A stretch of 64,000 nt of DNA from Cyanobacteriota bacterium. GTDB lineage: Bacteria; Cyanobacteriota; Cyanobacteriia; Thermostichales; Thermostichaceae. Both the position numbers and the translations under genes were made by a program. The notes beneath the pieces are model-generated. The model did no database searches, was not told the DNA's origin, and was given only the letters and a program-made list of their open reading frames with translations. Positions 39,110 to 50,714 of the stretch are shown in pieces. The stretch lies in assembly GCA_033764955.1 (NCBI GenBank), contig JANRIL010000044.1, positions 1 through 64,000 of the forward strand, in the 5' to 3' direction. Each line of letters starts with the position of its first letter. Position 1 is the first letter of the stretch.

Positions 39110-39245
39110 AGGGTGCTCAACAATAAGTTACGCTCTCAGCATACCGTGATTTTTTGGCTTCACCGCACTTCCCCAGCCCTGATCCGGGGGATCTCAGGAT
39201 TGAAAAATCAGATGGTAGGGATAGGCAGAATGGGGGGAGGGATCC

Positions 39246-40778
39246 CTAGTTGAGGAGACCTAACCATTCCGCCAAAAATGGGGGGAGCGGCAGGATAATC
39301 ATCACCAAAAAGGTGAGAATCAGTAATCCCAGCAGGTCGCGTCCTTCGTTGAGTTCAGTGACATCGTTGAGGGTGGGTTCATCGGCACTGGAGATAAAAA
39401 ACAATAAAAGCGCCCACAGCAATAGCCAGGGCTGCACGGTCAGCGCCAAGAGTAATACCAGCAGGCGGGTTACCCGTCCCACATTCGCCCCCACCTGTTG
39501 TCCATAGACGGCATGAACAATATGTCCACCATCCAGTTGACCAATCGGCATCAGATTGAGGGCAATCACCAACAACCCCAGCCATCCGGCAAAAGCGAGG
39601 GGATGCAGTTGAATAACATAGCCCGGAACAAGGGTGGATCCCATGATCAGGCGAGCCAGTACCCCCAGCAACAGAGAGAACTTAGGATCCATGGTTTGGA
39701 AGATGAGCAAGTTGGGCTGGTTGGGTTCGGTTGGCGGGGCGATTTCCGTTTCGGAGAGGCTTAACCCCACCCCCAACATCAGGAGAGCTACGATTCCTCC
39801 AGCCAATGGACCAGCCACCCCCAGATCAAAGAGCGCCTTGCGGTGGGGAACGGGTTCTTTAATCTGGACAAAAGCTCCGAAGGTACCCAGGGCAAAGGGA
39901 ATAGGGATGAAATAGGGCAGGGACGTTTGGATGCGATAGCGACGAGCCATCCAGTAGCGAGCCAGTTCATGGGATCCCAGAATGGCCACGATGGCGAGGG
40001 CATAGGGGAGGCCAACCAGCAGATGTTGGGGGGCTAAGACAAACTGGAGGGGCAACAGTTGCGCCGGATCTACTCCGGCGGCAAAGGCTCCGGCACTGAG
40101 GGTGCAATAGACCGTACAGAGCAGCAGCGTTATCGCCAGACCGGGCTGCTCAGCCGTTGTGGAGGGGTCGCGGCGAGCGGCGGGGTTGGGCACTAGGGCA
40201 AAAAAGGGCTTTCCGGCAAATCCCTCTTGCAAAACCACCAAGAAGCGATTGCCGAAGGTCTGTTCTACATTGGCGCGCACCAGATCATAGGCTTCGCTGG
40301 CATCCACCCGCAGATTGCCCCGACAGATGATGGCTTGGGGGCGATATTCCACATTCTGCAAATAAAAAACATTCCACGGAAAGCAGCCACTCAAATGTTC
40401 GCGGGGAACTTCGGAAATGGGGGTATGGTTGAGGGCGGCAGCCATAGCAGGGCTAGTGGGAGGGATAGGGTAAACCGATGGCTGTGCTGATGGGGAGGGC
40501 TGAGCCTCTGGGGATGGGGTCGGTGCTCCCATCGTTTGCTGTTTGGCACGGCGCAGCAACAGCACCACCACCACGTAGGATCCGAAAAAAAGGATTAACT
40601 TTAGCCAGGCAGGCAAGTCATAGGCAAACACCTGCTTACTCACCACCACAGCACTGGGAGGGGTGATCATGACCATCCACAGGAGTTTCCAGGGAAGTGT
40701 GGGGAGGCGGGTGAGCGTCCAGCGCAGGAGAATGTAAAATCCCCAGCCAACTAGGGCAAGAAGAATCCAGTCTGCCAT
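39246..40778 (-). CDS. Site-2 protease (M50) family protein, EGY-like
   Basis: HELAR (HExxH variant), PYFIP, AGPLAG, LNLMPIGQLDGGH. Confidence 0.9.
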   Translation of the reverse strand: MADWILLALVGWGFYILLRWTLTRLPTLPWKLLWMVMITPPSAVVVSKQVFAYDLPAWLKLILFFGSYVVVVLLLRRAKQQTMGAPTPSPEAQPSPSAQPSVYPIPPTSPAMAAALNHTPISEVPREHLSGCFPWNVFYLQNVEYRPQAIICRGNLRVDASEAYDLVRANVEQTFGNRFLVVLQEGFAGKPFFALVPNPAARRDPSTTAEQPGLAITLLLCTVYCTLSAGAFAAGVDPAQLLPLQFVLAPQHLLVGLPYALAIVAILGSHELARYWMARRYRIQTSLPYFIPIPFALGTFGAFVQIKEPVPHRKALFDLGVAGPLAGGIVALLMLGVGLSLSETEIAPPTEPNQPNLLIFQTMDPKFSLLLGVLARLIMGSTLVPGYVIQLHPLAFAGWLGLLVIALNLMPIGQLDGGHIVHAVYGQQVGANVGRVTRLLVLLLALTVQPWLLLWALLLFFISSADEPTLNDVTELNEGRDLLGLLILTFLVMIILPLPPFLAEWLGLLN

Positions 40779-40960
40779 GCGTGCGGTTTGTCCTTCGAGA
40801 TGGGCAAAAGCCAGTCAGCACTCACCCTCCCTAGGATCAAGGGGAGGCTCTACCCTTCCCTATGAGCAAGCTAGCTAGCCCATCCATTCTACTGCACCAC
40901 CTGAGCTAGCCAAAACCACCTCTGGGTAGTCCTTTCTGGACAGCAGGGTAGGGTGAGCGT

Positions 40961-42676
<1,716 letters not shown>

Positions 42677-42949
42677 TCAGGGCTACCTTTGATTTAAGCA
42701 GGACAAGGGATCCCTAGTTGCTCTATTTTGCCCATCTCAATCTGGAGCAAGGGGGCTAGAGCGCAGACAACATCCTGCTCGGTCTGGCTGATTGCCTACG
42801 ATCCCATGAGTCCCCACCGTTGAGGGTCTTCAGTCACTACGGAGACAGTCAGGGGAATGTGACTAGGGAAGGGATCCCTTGATAACGCTTATCATGAGAG
42901 GTAACAAAATGTAACAGACCTCCCACGTATTCTTTTCTCAGGAGCATTT

Positions 42950-43837
42950 GTGCTGACTGCTTCCCCACCCCTTGATCGTTTGACCTGGACATGGCAGGGT
43001 TACCCCATTCAATACACCGTGATGGGATCCGGTCAGCCGCTGCTGTTGATTCATGGCTTTGGCGCTTCTATTGGGCATTGGCGTCAGAATATTCCGGTGC
43101 TAGCGGAGGCAGGCTATCAGGTCTGGGCGATTGACCTGTTGGGGTTTGGCGGTTCAGGGAAACCTCCGATTGCCTACAGCCTATCCGTCTGGCAGGAGAT
43201 GCTCAAGGATTTTTGGCAGCAGCACATGCAAAAACCCACTATCTTTGTGGGCAACTCAATTGGAGGGCTGCTCAGCTTGATGATGGTGGCGGATCATCCT
43301 GACTTGGCGGCGGGAGCGATCTTGCTCAACTGTGCGGGCGGACTCAATCATCGCGCCGACGAACTCAACCCTTTTCTTGCCCTGATCATGGCTAGCTTTA
43401 CCCGCCTGGTGGCAACGCCGATCATCGGGGAATGGCTGTTTGAGCAGATTCGGCAAAAATCACGGATTCGTAGCACCTTGCAGCAGGTTTATTGCCATCC
43501 GGCGGCGATCACCGATGAGTTGGTGGATTTGCTCTATCAACCCGCCTGTGATGTAGGGGCACAAAAGGTGTTTGCCTCGATTTTGACGGCTCCGGCAGGC
43601 CCCCGCCCAGAAGAACTGTTGCCTAAGCTGCGCCATCCCCTGCTGGTGTTGTGGGGAGAAGGGGATCCCTGGACACCTATTCAACGGGGCAAAACTTTTG
43701 AACAGTATGTTTCGAATCTCGATTATCAATTCATCGGCATTCCTGAGACCGGACATTGCCCCCATGATGAGCGCCCGGAGTTGGTGAACCGCTTAATGCT
43801 CGATTGGCTCGACCAACGGTTCTCTAGGCAAAACTAG
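42950..43837 (+). CDS. Alpha/beta-fold hydrolase
   Basis: LIHGFGAS, DLLGFG, GNSIGG nucleophile elbow, GHCPHDE. Confidence 0.93.
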   Translation: MLTASPPLDRLTWTWQGYPIQYTVMGSGQPLLLIHGFGASIGHWRQNIPVLAEAGYQVWAIDLLGFGGSGKPPIAYSLSVWQEMLKDFWQQHMQKPTIFVGNSIGGLLSLMMVADHPDLAAGAILLNCAGGLNHRADELNPFLALIMASFTRLVATPIIGEWLFEQIRQKSRIRSTLQQVYCHPAAITDELVDLLYQPACDVGAQKVFASILTAPAGPRPEELLPKLRHPLLVLWGEGDPWTPIQRGKTFEQYVSNLDYQFIGIPETGHCPHDERPELVNRLMLDWLDQRFSRQN

Positions 43838-43853
43838 CCGGGATCCCTTTTGT

Positions 43854-46043
43854 CTAGCGGTTCCCCCAACGCAGCACTCCCCATAGATTTGAGTAGTCAT
43901 CCGTCCAGAGGGGATCCGTGGGCTGAGGGGTTAATCGCTGCCAGCGGGAGTCGGAGGCCAGCCTCGCCAAATCAGCATCCTCAGGACTTGCCATCACCAC
44001 CCATTCGGAGGGCAAGTGACCGTTTTGCTGGGCGACAAGCGGCAGGGATAGATCCCCCTGGTGCCAAGCCCATAGGTTTTCTTGGGCGGCCAGTCTCGCC
44101 AGGAGGGGAGCAAGCTCTAAATAGCGATTGGTGATATTGAAGATCAGCCACCCGTGGGGATTGAGGTGGGCTTGATAGATCTGGAGGGCTTCGTGGGTGA
44201 GCAAATGCACCGGCACGGCATCGGAACTAAAGGCATCCAAGACAATCCAGTCATAGTGGGTGGTGCTGGCCTCCAGGCTCAATCGTCCATCCCCTACAAT
44301 CACCTCGACCGCCGCCTCGGCCTGAGATAGATAGGGAAAATAGTGGCGGGCAAGCTCTTCGACCAGCGGGTCAATCTCAAAAAACGTCCAGGATTGCTGG
44401 GGGGTGGCATAGGCCATGAGGGTACCAATTCCCAAGCCCAAGACCCCTATCGTTGTTAGGGATCCCTGGGGGCGAGCCGCAAACAGTTGCCCGACGGGGC
44501 CAGCTTGCGTGAAATAGGTGAGGGGTAGGGTGGGCTGATCCAGATTGACCATGCCGTGTAAAGTCGTGCCATGCAAGAGTCGCCGCCAACGGGGAGTGGG
44601 GGAGGCGGAGTCAGCAGGTTGTGCACTTTCTACCACCCGATATAGCCCAAAGAAACTGCGTTGGCTGTCTACCACCTCGGCACTCAAGCCGATCAGGGGT
44701 TGACTGAGCAGCAGCAGCAACAGGCCAGCACCGATCGCCTGTGCCCAGCGCGGTATCCTCAACACCTGGCTGATCCCCCAGCCCAGACCGATCACCAGTA
44801 AGCGTCCGATCCATCCCTGTTGCCACGAACTGGGATCCCAACCCAGCAGTAAAACGGGTACCAGCAACCCCAAGCTGAGGGGAGGGATCCCTCGCCAGAA
44901 CCTAGGGATCGCTGACCACCCGGATAACAACAAGACGGATAGCAGCAGGGCAAAGGGATATTCCACCACACTGTTGAACAGTAAAGGGGCAACAATCGCG
45001 TTGAAGATCCCCCCCACCCCCCCGCCCAGGGCAATCCAGAGATAAAATTCGGTCAGATAGGTGGCAGAGGGGCGCAGGCGAGCCAGTTGCGCGTGGGCAT
45101 TCCAGGTGGCCACCCCAAAGGTGAGCAAATGCAGTGGCAACAGCAGCCCAGCCGGACGGACGATATTCAAAACTTGCGCCCCCAGTACGAGCGTCACCAA
45201 GCCGGGGAGGATGCCTGTCCAGATCGCTGACGGCCAGTGGGGATCCCGCCCAAACACCGCCATAAAGGTTGCCAGATAGAGGGCAAGCGGAATTGCCCAC
45301 AGCAGGGGAATCGCGGCAATATCGGTGGTTAGATAAGTGGTGACCCCCAGCAACAAACTGGAGGGAATCGCCGCCAAAATCCCCCAGCGCCAGCGCTCCC
45401 GCCAAGTGGGTGGAGGCGAGGGATCCCCTTCTCCCGCCGGATCTTTCTCCTGATCGGCACGAGCCGGGGATCCCTTCAGGTTCAACATCATCACACCAAT
45501 GCCCAGCGCCAGCAGTCCATAACCCCAACTCCAAAGGGAGCGTTGCTGCGTGAGAGAGAGCAGAGGTTCCAAAAGCAAGGGATAGCCCAACAATCCCAAC
45601 AGACTGCCCGCATTGCTGGCCACATAGAGAAAATAGGGATCCCGACTGGGGGCATGGAGGCTAAACCACCGTTGGAAGAGAGGCGCTGTGATAGCCAAAC
45701 AAACAAAGGGGAGTCCGACGGTCAAAGTCAGCACCGCCAATAACCAGAGAATGGGTTGATCGATCGATAAAACGGGGAAGCGCAGTCCAATCGGTAAACT
45801 CAGAGCGGCCAAACCCCAGAACAGCAGGTAACCGATCCGTTGTTGAGCAAAGCTTCTCCATTGACTCAGCCAATTTGCATAGCTATAGCCCAGCAGCAAC
45901 GCCATTTGAAAAAAGAGGAGGCAGGTATTCCAGACGGCTGGGGATCCCCCCAAGAGAGGCAAAACCAGCTTGCCCACCATCAACTGCACCCAAAACAGCA
46001 AAAAGGCACTGAAAAAAACAAGACCAGAAACGAGAATTAGCAA
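43854..46043 (-). CDS. Fused membrane / spermidine-synthase-like methyltransferase
   Basis: Many TM helices, LLGGSPAVWNTC, DPYFLYVASN, HGTTLHG, GLGIG, DAFSSD, WTDDYSNL. Confidence 0.9.
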   Translation of the reverse strand: MLILVSGLVFFSAFLLFWVQLMVGKLVLPLLGGSPAVWNTCLLFFQMALLLGYSYANWLSQWRSFAQQRIGYLLFWGLAALSLPIGLRFPVLSIDQPILWLLAVLTLTVGLPFVCLAITAPLFQRWFSLHAPSRDPYFLYVASNAGSLLGLLGYPLLLEPLLSLTQQRSLWSWGYGLLALGIGVMMLNLKGSPARADQEKDPAGEGDPSPPPTWRERWRWGILAAIPSSLLLGVTTYLTTDIAAIPLLWAIPLALYLATFMAVFGRDPHWPSAIWTGILPGLVTLVLGAQVLNIVRPAGLLLPLHLLTFGVATWNAHAQLARLRPSATYLTEFYLWIALGGGVGGIFNAIVAPLLFNSVVEYPFALLLSVLLLSGWSAIPRFWRGIPPLSLGLLVPVLLLGWDPSSWQQGWIGRLLVIGLGWGISQVLRIPRWAQAIGAGLLLLLLSQPLIGLSAEVVDSQRSFFGLYRVVESAQPADSASPTPRWRRLLHGTTLHGMVNLDQPTLPLTYFTQAGPVGQLFAARPQGSLTTIGVLGLGIGTLMAYATPQQSWTFFEIDPLVEELARHYFPYLSQAEAAVEVIVGDGRLSLEASTTHYDWIVLDAFSSDAVPVHLLTHEALQIYQAHLNPHGWLIFNITNRYLELAPLLARLAAQENLWAWHQGDLSLPLVAQQNGHLPSEWVVMASPEDADLARLASDSRWQRLTPQPTDPLWTDDYSNLWGVLRWGNR

Positions 46044-46220
46044 AGCAAGCTAGGCTCCAGGTCAAGGGATCCCTGTTTATCTTAGTGATCCTAGTCAGCA
46101 AATCCACCCCTTCTCCAGACGGATCTGGCTATTCAATCGAAACCGTGGGAGCCTGGGCTGAGTCTAATCACTGATCACAAGTCATTGGCCAATCCACAGT
46201 TCTGCACAGAGGAGATGGAC

Positions 46221-47282
46221 ATGGGCAAGCACTTTCCGCCACATTTATGGACACTGGTATTCAGCAGCTTGAGCCTGCTATTGCCCGCTTGTCTTGCTCA
46301 AGATGCTTCGCTCTCTAAAGTTTTGCCAACCCAGGCAGAGCCCCTTTCGTTATCCGCCTCTGCTCAATCCACGACCATCTCATCTACCCGTTTGCGACAG
46401 GCCGCTCGTTACTCCGCTCGCAAGGGAGGATTATCGATGGTGGTTTGGCAGGGCAATCGGATCCTTTTTGAGCAATATGAACGGGGCTTTAGTGCCGACA
46501 GTGCCCACCCCATCTACAGTGGAACCAAAAGTTTTGTGGGAGTGCTGGCAATAGCCGCCAGTATGGATGGTCTGCTCAGCTTTGAGGAGTTGGTCTCAGA
46601 CACGATTCAAGAGTGGCAAGCTGATCCGCAACGGTCTGAGGTGACAATTCGCCAACTCTTGCAGTTGATCAGTGGGGTGGATTCTGGAGAACTTGGTCAA
46701 CCTCCCACCTATGCTGAGGCGATTGCCTATCCGAGTCTGGCGCAGGCAGGCACAACCTTTGATTATGGGCCTGTTCCTTTTCAGGTATTTGGTGAGTTGA
46801 TGCGGCGCAAGCTGCTGGCAGAAGGGAAAGATTTGCCCACTTACTTGCAGCAACGCATTTTTGACCCTTTGGGCATCACCTGGGCAGATTGGGAAGTGGG
46901 GGAGGACGGCTACTGGAATGTATCGTCGGGAGCGGTCATGCAGCCCCAAGCATGGGGAACCTTTGGCCTGTTGCTGCTGGGGCAAGGGGAATGGCAGGGG
47001 GAGACGATTTTGGATGCTCAGCTCTTGGCCAGTAGTTGGCAAGGGACGGATCCCAATCCTGGCTATGGCACCACATTTTGGTTAAATGCCCCAGGCATCC
47101 TACCCGATGATCAACCGGGGAACCCGATAGGGGCGGGGCCAAGCGACACGGTGATGGCCGCCGGAGCCGCCGGACAACGGCTTTATGTGATCCCTTCCCA
47201 GGATGTGGTGATCGTCAGGCAGGGCTTGGCGTTGCGAGGGGAGTTTGTGGACGCTGATTTTTTAAGAATTTTATTTCCCTAG
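46221..47282 (+). CDS. Serine hydrolase (beta-lactamase class C-like), probable lipoprotein
   Basis: LLPAC lipobox-like, YSGTKS (SxxK), TIRQLL, AAGAAGQ. Confidence 0.88.
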   Translation: MGKHFPPHLWTLVFSSLSLLLPACLAQDASLSKVLPTQAEPLSLSASAQSTTISSTRLRQAARYSARKGGLSMVVWQGNRILFEQYERGFSADSAHPIYSGTKSFVGVLAIAASMDGLLSFEELVSDTIQEWQADPQRSEVTIRQLLQLISGVDSGELGQPPTYAEAIAYPSLAQAGTTFDYGPVPFQVFGELMRRKLLAEGKDLPTYLQQRIFDPLGITWADWEVGEDGYWNVSSGAVMQPQAWGTFGLLLLGQGEWQGETILDAQLLASSWQGTDPNPGYGTTFWLNAPGILPDDQPGNPIGAGPSDTVMAAGAAGQRLYVIPSQDVVIVRQGLALRGEFVDADFLRILFP

Positions 47283-47306
47283 AAAAATGGTTCTTTATCC
47301 GAATCC

Positions 47307-47768
47307 TTACTGCCATTCGGGCTTGAGGGTGGCAAAGTTTCCTTGGTCTGTTCCCAGATGACAATCAACACAACTGGTCACCCGCACGGGGCGAGGAAAA
47401 TCCACTTGCAGATGCAGGGCTTTGAAATAGCGAGAGTCTGCCAACCGGAAGGGAACCGACTCCCGCGTCAGCAACGATTTTGAGTTTTGTTTCAGGTAGT
47501 TCCAGGCCAATTGCAGAGGGACACCCGTGGGTAAGGGAATCTGCTGTCCATAGTGATTGTTATCCAAGAGCAGGCGTTGCCAGGTTTGGCTGGGCATGAC
47601 TTCGGCGGGCAAAGCCAGATGGCAGCTGCCACAGGCTTGCACATAATTACTTTGCTCGATTTGGGCTTGGGTCAGGGAGGACTGGGCAGCAACCTGCCAA
47701 CCCAAGAGTAGCGAGATAGCCAGGATCCCGATTCCGATCCTCAAGCGATAGTGGCGGTAGGGTCGCAT
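47307..47768 (-). CDS. Dihaem cytochrome c
   Basis: Signal peptide; CGSCH and CVDCH; PSQTWQRLL...HYG; YFKALH. Confidence 0.88.
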   Translation of the reverse strand: MRPYRHYRLRIGIGILAISLLLGWQVAAQSSLTQAQIEQSNYVQACGSCHLALPAEVMPSQTWQRLLLDNNHYGQQIPLPTGVPLQLAWNYLKQNSKSLLTRESVPFRLADSRYFKALHLQVDFPRPVRVTSCVDCHLGTDQGNFATLKPEWQ

Positions 47769-47876
47769 GGCTAGTCTCTCCTTGGTTTGGTAAGCCTGTC
47801 ATCCATCATCCACCCCTTTAGACGGACTGGCTTTTGACGATAGTTCCTCTCCCCCACTCAGGTGGCATTGGGGAAG

Positions 47877-49097
47877 CTAGGGGCTAGGGGATCCCTCGAC
47901 CATCACCGGAACGGCAGAATTGAGGGTGGTGCCATTGCCCAGTTGTCCAGACAGGTTATATCCCCAGCAACGGGCGGTTTGATCGGTGAGCAAAGCACAG
48001 CTATGCCCCTCTCCCAAACTGAGGGCAATCGCGGGGGGCAAGCCCTTAACCGTGACAGGAATCGGGGAGCTTTGGGTGGTACCATCCCCCAACTGACCTA
48101 AAATATTGGCTCCCCAACACTTTACCGCCCCACCTGCCACCACCGCACAGGCATGGTAACTGCCCGCTGCAATCGCCTGAGCCTCGCCGATCCCATTCAC
48201 AAAAACGGCTGCCCCCGGCACATCCAGGGATCCATTGCCCAGTTGCCCAAAATCATCCACCCCCCAGCACCGCACCCGCCCATCCCGCAAGAGGGCGCAG
48301 GTGAACCGGTTTCCCGCCGCCAATCCCTGCCCATTCACGACCCCTTGCATCGGTATCGGCTGATAGGATCCCGAACCCAAGCCAAAATCTCCCCAACAAC
48401 TGACCCCTCCGGTTGGCAACAAGCCACAGGTATGGACAGCCCCCGCCGCCACCCCCACCACCGCCCCCAGATGGCGTACCGCCACGGGCTGAGCCGCCGC
48501 CGTCCCCGCATCTACAATCGTGCCCACCTGCCCTAACAGATTGGATCCCTGGCAATAGATGGCGGGTGGCTGCGACAAAAAACAGGCATGATGTCGCCCC
48601 AGCGAGATGGACTGGACGGGATCCCCCAGAGGGACGGCGGTGGGTTGAGGGGTATGAACGGCGCTCACCTCCCCAGAGGGCAACCTATCGGATCCCCAGC
48701 AAACAGCCTGCCCGGTTGCACGCAAGGCACAGGTTTGGGATCCCTCAGCGGCGATGCCAATCACCTGACCCACCCCTGCCACCCGCACCGGACGTAAAAC
48801 GGGCTGCTGAGCAGACAAGCCCAACTGCCCCTGTTGATGGGATCCCCAACAAAACACCTCTCCCCCCACCGACACGCCACAGGTGTGCTGTCCGCCCGCT
48901 GCAATCGCCTTGAAGGTCAAGCTCTCAGCAGAATAGCTGGCTTGACCACCCACCGACTGACTGAGCAGCAGAAAACCCACACCGCCCCATAGCCAGCCAT
49001 AGGGATCCCGCCACCCCAAAATAGGCCGCAGAGAATTTCTGCCCGCCAGGGCTGAGCTAGTCAATCTAGAAAAAAAGAACCCAAACAAATCAGGCAA
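47877..49097 (-). CDS. RCC1-repeat (beta-propeller) exported protein
   Basis: About 7 repeats of AGxxHTC...GxVxCWGxNxxGQLG; start uncertain. Confidence 0.88.
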   Translation of the reverse strand: MPDLFGFFFSRLTSSALAGRNSLRPILGWRDPYGWLWGGVGFLLLSQSVGGQASYSAESLTFKAIAAGGQHTCGVSVGGEVFCWGSHQQGQLGLSAQQPVLRPVRVAGVGQVIGIAAEGSQTCALRATGQAVCWGSDRLPSGEVSAVHTPQPTAVPLGDPVQSISLGRHHACFLSQPPAIYCQGSNLLGQVGTIVDAGTAAAQPVAVRHLGAVVGVAAGAVHTCGLLPTGGVSCWGDFGLGSGSYQPIPMQGVVNGQGLAAGNRFTCALLRDGRVRCWGVDDFGQLGNGSLDVPGAAVFVNGIGEAQAIAAGSYHACAVVAGGAVKCWGANILGQLGDGTTQSSPIPVTVKGLPPAIALSLGEGHSCALLTDQTARCWGYNLSGQLGNGTTLNSAVPVMVEGSPSP

Positions 49098-49121
49098 GGG
49101 AATTGTTCAAATCAATGACCA

Positions 49122-50243
49122 CTAGAACTCCGTCTGGGCAGAGTCCAGCAGCGATTGTAACTGATCGAGGGCTTCCTGGGCAGATTGAGCCTGCTCCGAA
49201 AGGGACTGTACTACCTGGGTGCTGGATTGAGCTGCCGTCACGGTACTGCTACTCTTGCGTTGAATCCGATCCGCCAATCCCCGAATTCGGCTACTGGCTT
49301 CTGTGGTGCGCCCTGCTAATTTACGAATTTCTTGGGCAATGGCGCCAAAGCCCCCGACCGAACTACCGGAACGATTGGCTTCCACGGCGGCGTTAAAGGA
49401 GAGCAGGCGGATGTATCCGGCCACTTCCACAATCAAGTCAGCGATGGTGTTGATTTCCCGTAACTCCGTTTGCAGATCTTGACTACTGCGGGAGATTTCT
49501 TCCGCCAGACTCCGCACGGCTTCCACCCCTTCAAACGTGGCCGCAAAGGTGGATCGCCCTTTTTGCGAAAGCAGTGTACTGATATCCAAAATGCGCGAGT
49601 TGAGCATCGCCAACTCTTCAGAACGAGCTTGAGCCGCCTGTCGCTCCACTTCCAGCGCCAGATTTTGTGCCAAAATTTCCGACTGCTGCCGCTCTAGATC
49701 CTGGGCATAGCGTTGACTGCGTACCCGTTCCTTTTCCAAAACCACCATCACCTGCTTCATATTGTCTTGCTGCTCTTCAATCTTGCGCTTGGTTGCCAGG
49801 TGGACTTGTGCTTGTGCCACCAATAAAATGGGCAGATCCAGGAGGCGATAGTCATTGGGGGCATATTCCACCACAACGGGGTCATAGATTGTTTCTTCGG
49901 GGCGCTGAAAAGCCAGAGTGGAGGCATCCACAACATTGCTCTCCCCTGGCAACAAGATAAAGTCCCGTTGGTGATATTCAATCATTGAGCTAATCGGACG
50001 CTTCAGAAACACATCCAGACCATAGGGGCGACTGAGCATCCACTCCAAGATGGCTCGCCGCGTCAACATCCCCAACAGCTCGCCATCCCGCAGCACCACC
50101 ACTCCACAGAGTTTGTTGTCGTCCTCAAGGCGGCGGACGACGTTTTCACAGGGAGTCTCCTCCGTCACCTGAAAATCGATTAAATCGAGGTCTTTGAGCT
50201 TGGCATCGGTGGAGAGTTCGTTCATGGTTACAACGGTTGTCAT
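49122..50243 (-). CDS. Soluble methyl-accepting chemotaxis protein with N-terminal CBS-like pair
   Basis: CBS-like GVVVLRDGELLGMLTRR; coiled coil; MCP tip LLSFNAAVEANR...GFGAIAQEIRKLA; no TM. Confidence 0.85.
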   Translation of the reverse strand: MTTVVTMNELSTDAKLKDLDLIDFQVTEETPCENVVRRLEDDNKLCGVVVLRDGELLGMLTRRAILEWMLSRPYGLDVFLKRPISSMIEYHQRDFILLPGESNVVDASTLAFQRPEETIYDPVVVEYAPNDYRLLDLPILLVAQAQVHLATKRKIEEQQDNMKQVMVVLEKERVRSQRYAQDLERQQSEILAQNLALEVERQAAQARSEELAMLNSRILDISTLLSQKGRSTFAATFEGVEAVRSLAEEISRSSQDLQTELREINTIADLIVEVAGYIRLLSFNAAVEANRSGSSVGGFGAIAQEIRKLAGRTTEASSRIRGLADRIQRKSSSTVTAAQSSTQVVQSLSEQAQSAQEALDQLQSLLDSAQTEF

Positions 50244-50714
50244 AAGAGTACCTCTATGGAAAAGCCCTGCTCTGACCGCTCAAGTTAGTATTAGCTCAAG
50301 ATCTACCTCTAAGAACCGGGAAATTTAGGCCACAGCTACCCCCAATCTCCTTCTCCCTATTTTTAGAAGCCTATGCAGACTGAGAGGCTTCATTCTAGGA
50401 GGTAGACAATAGGAGTTGGACAGAGGATGGCTAACAAAAATGATGGGCAGTAAGGATCCAACCCCTCGGAGCAAGCTTCTCCGTAGTCATTCCTGCCTTA
50501 TCAGTAAATCTTTTAACTCTTATTTAACACGAAGTCTGAGCGGCGATAGTTAAGCGGCGCTTAAGGGAAGCCTCAACAAAGGGTTGTCCCCAGAAAATTG
50601 TTACTAAAAACCTAGTTTAGGAGGGGAAAGCGGGATCCGGTTCCCCCACAGCCTGAAGGAGATTTTTCAGATTGTCCAAAGGGGTGTGGACTCGCGATGG
50701 TGACCCCTTCAGGG

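Noticed and set aside
48253..48913. Gly-rich and Pro-rich alternative-frame ORFs
   Set aside because: Shadows of the GC-rich RCC1 gene
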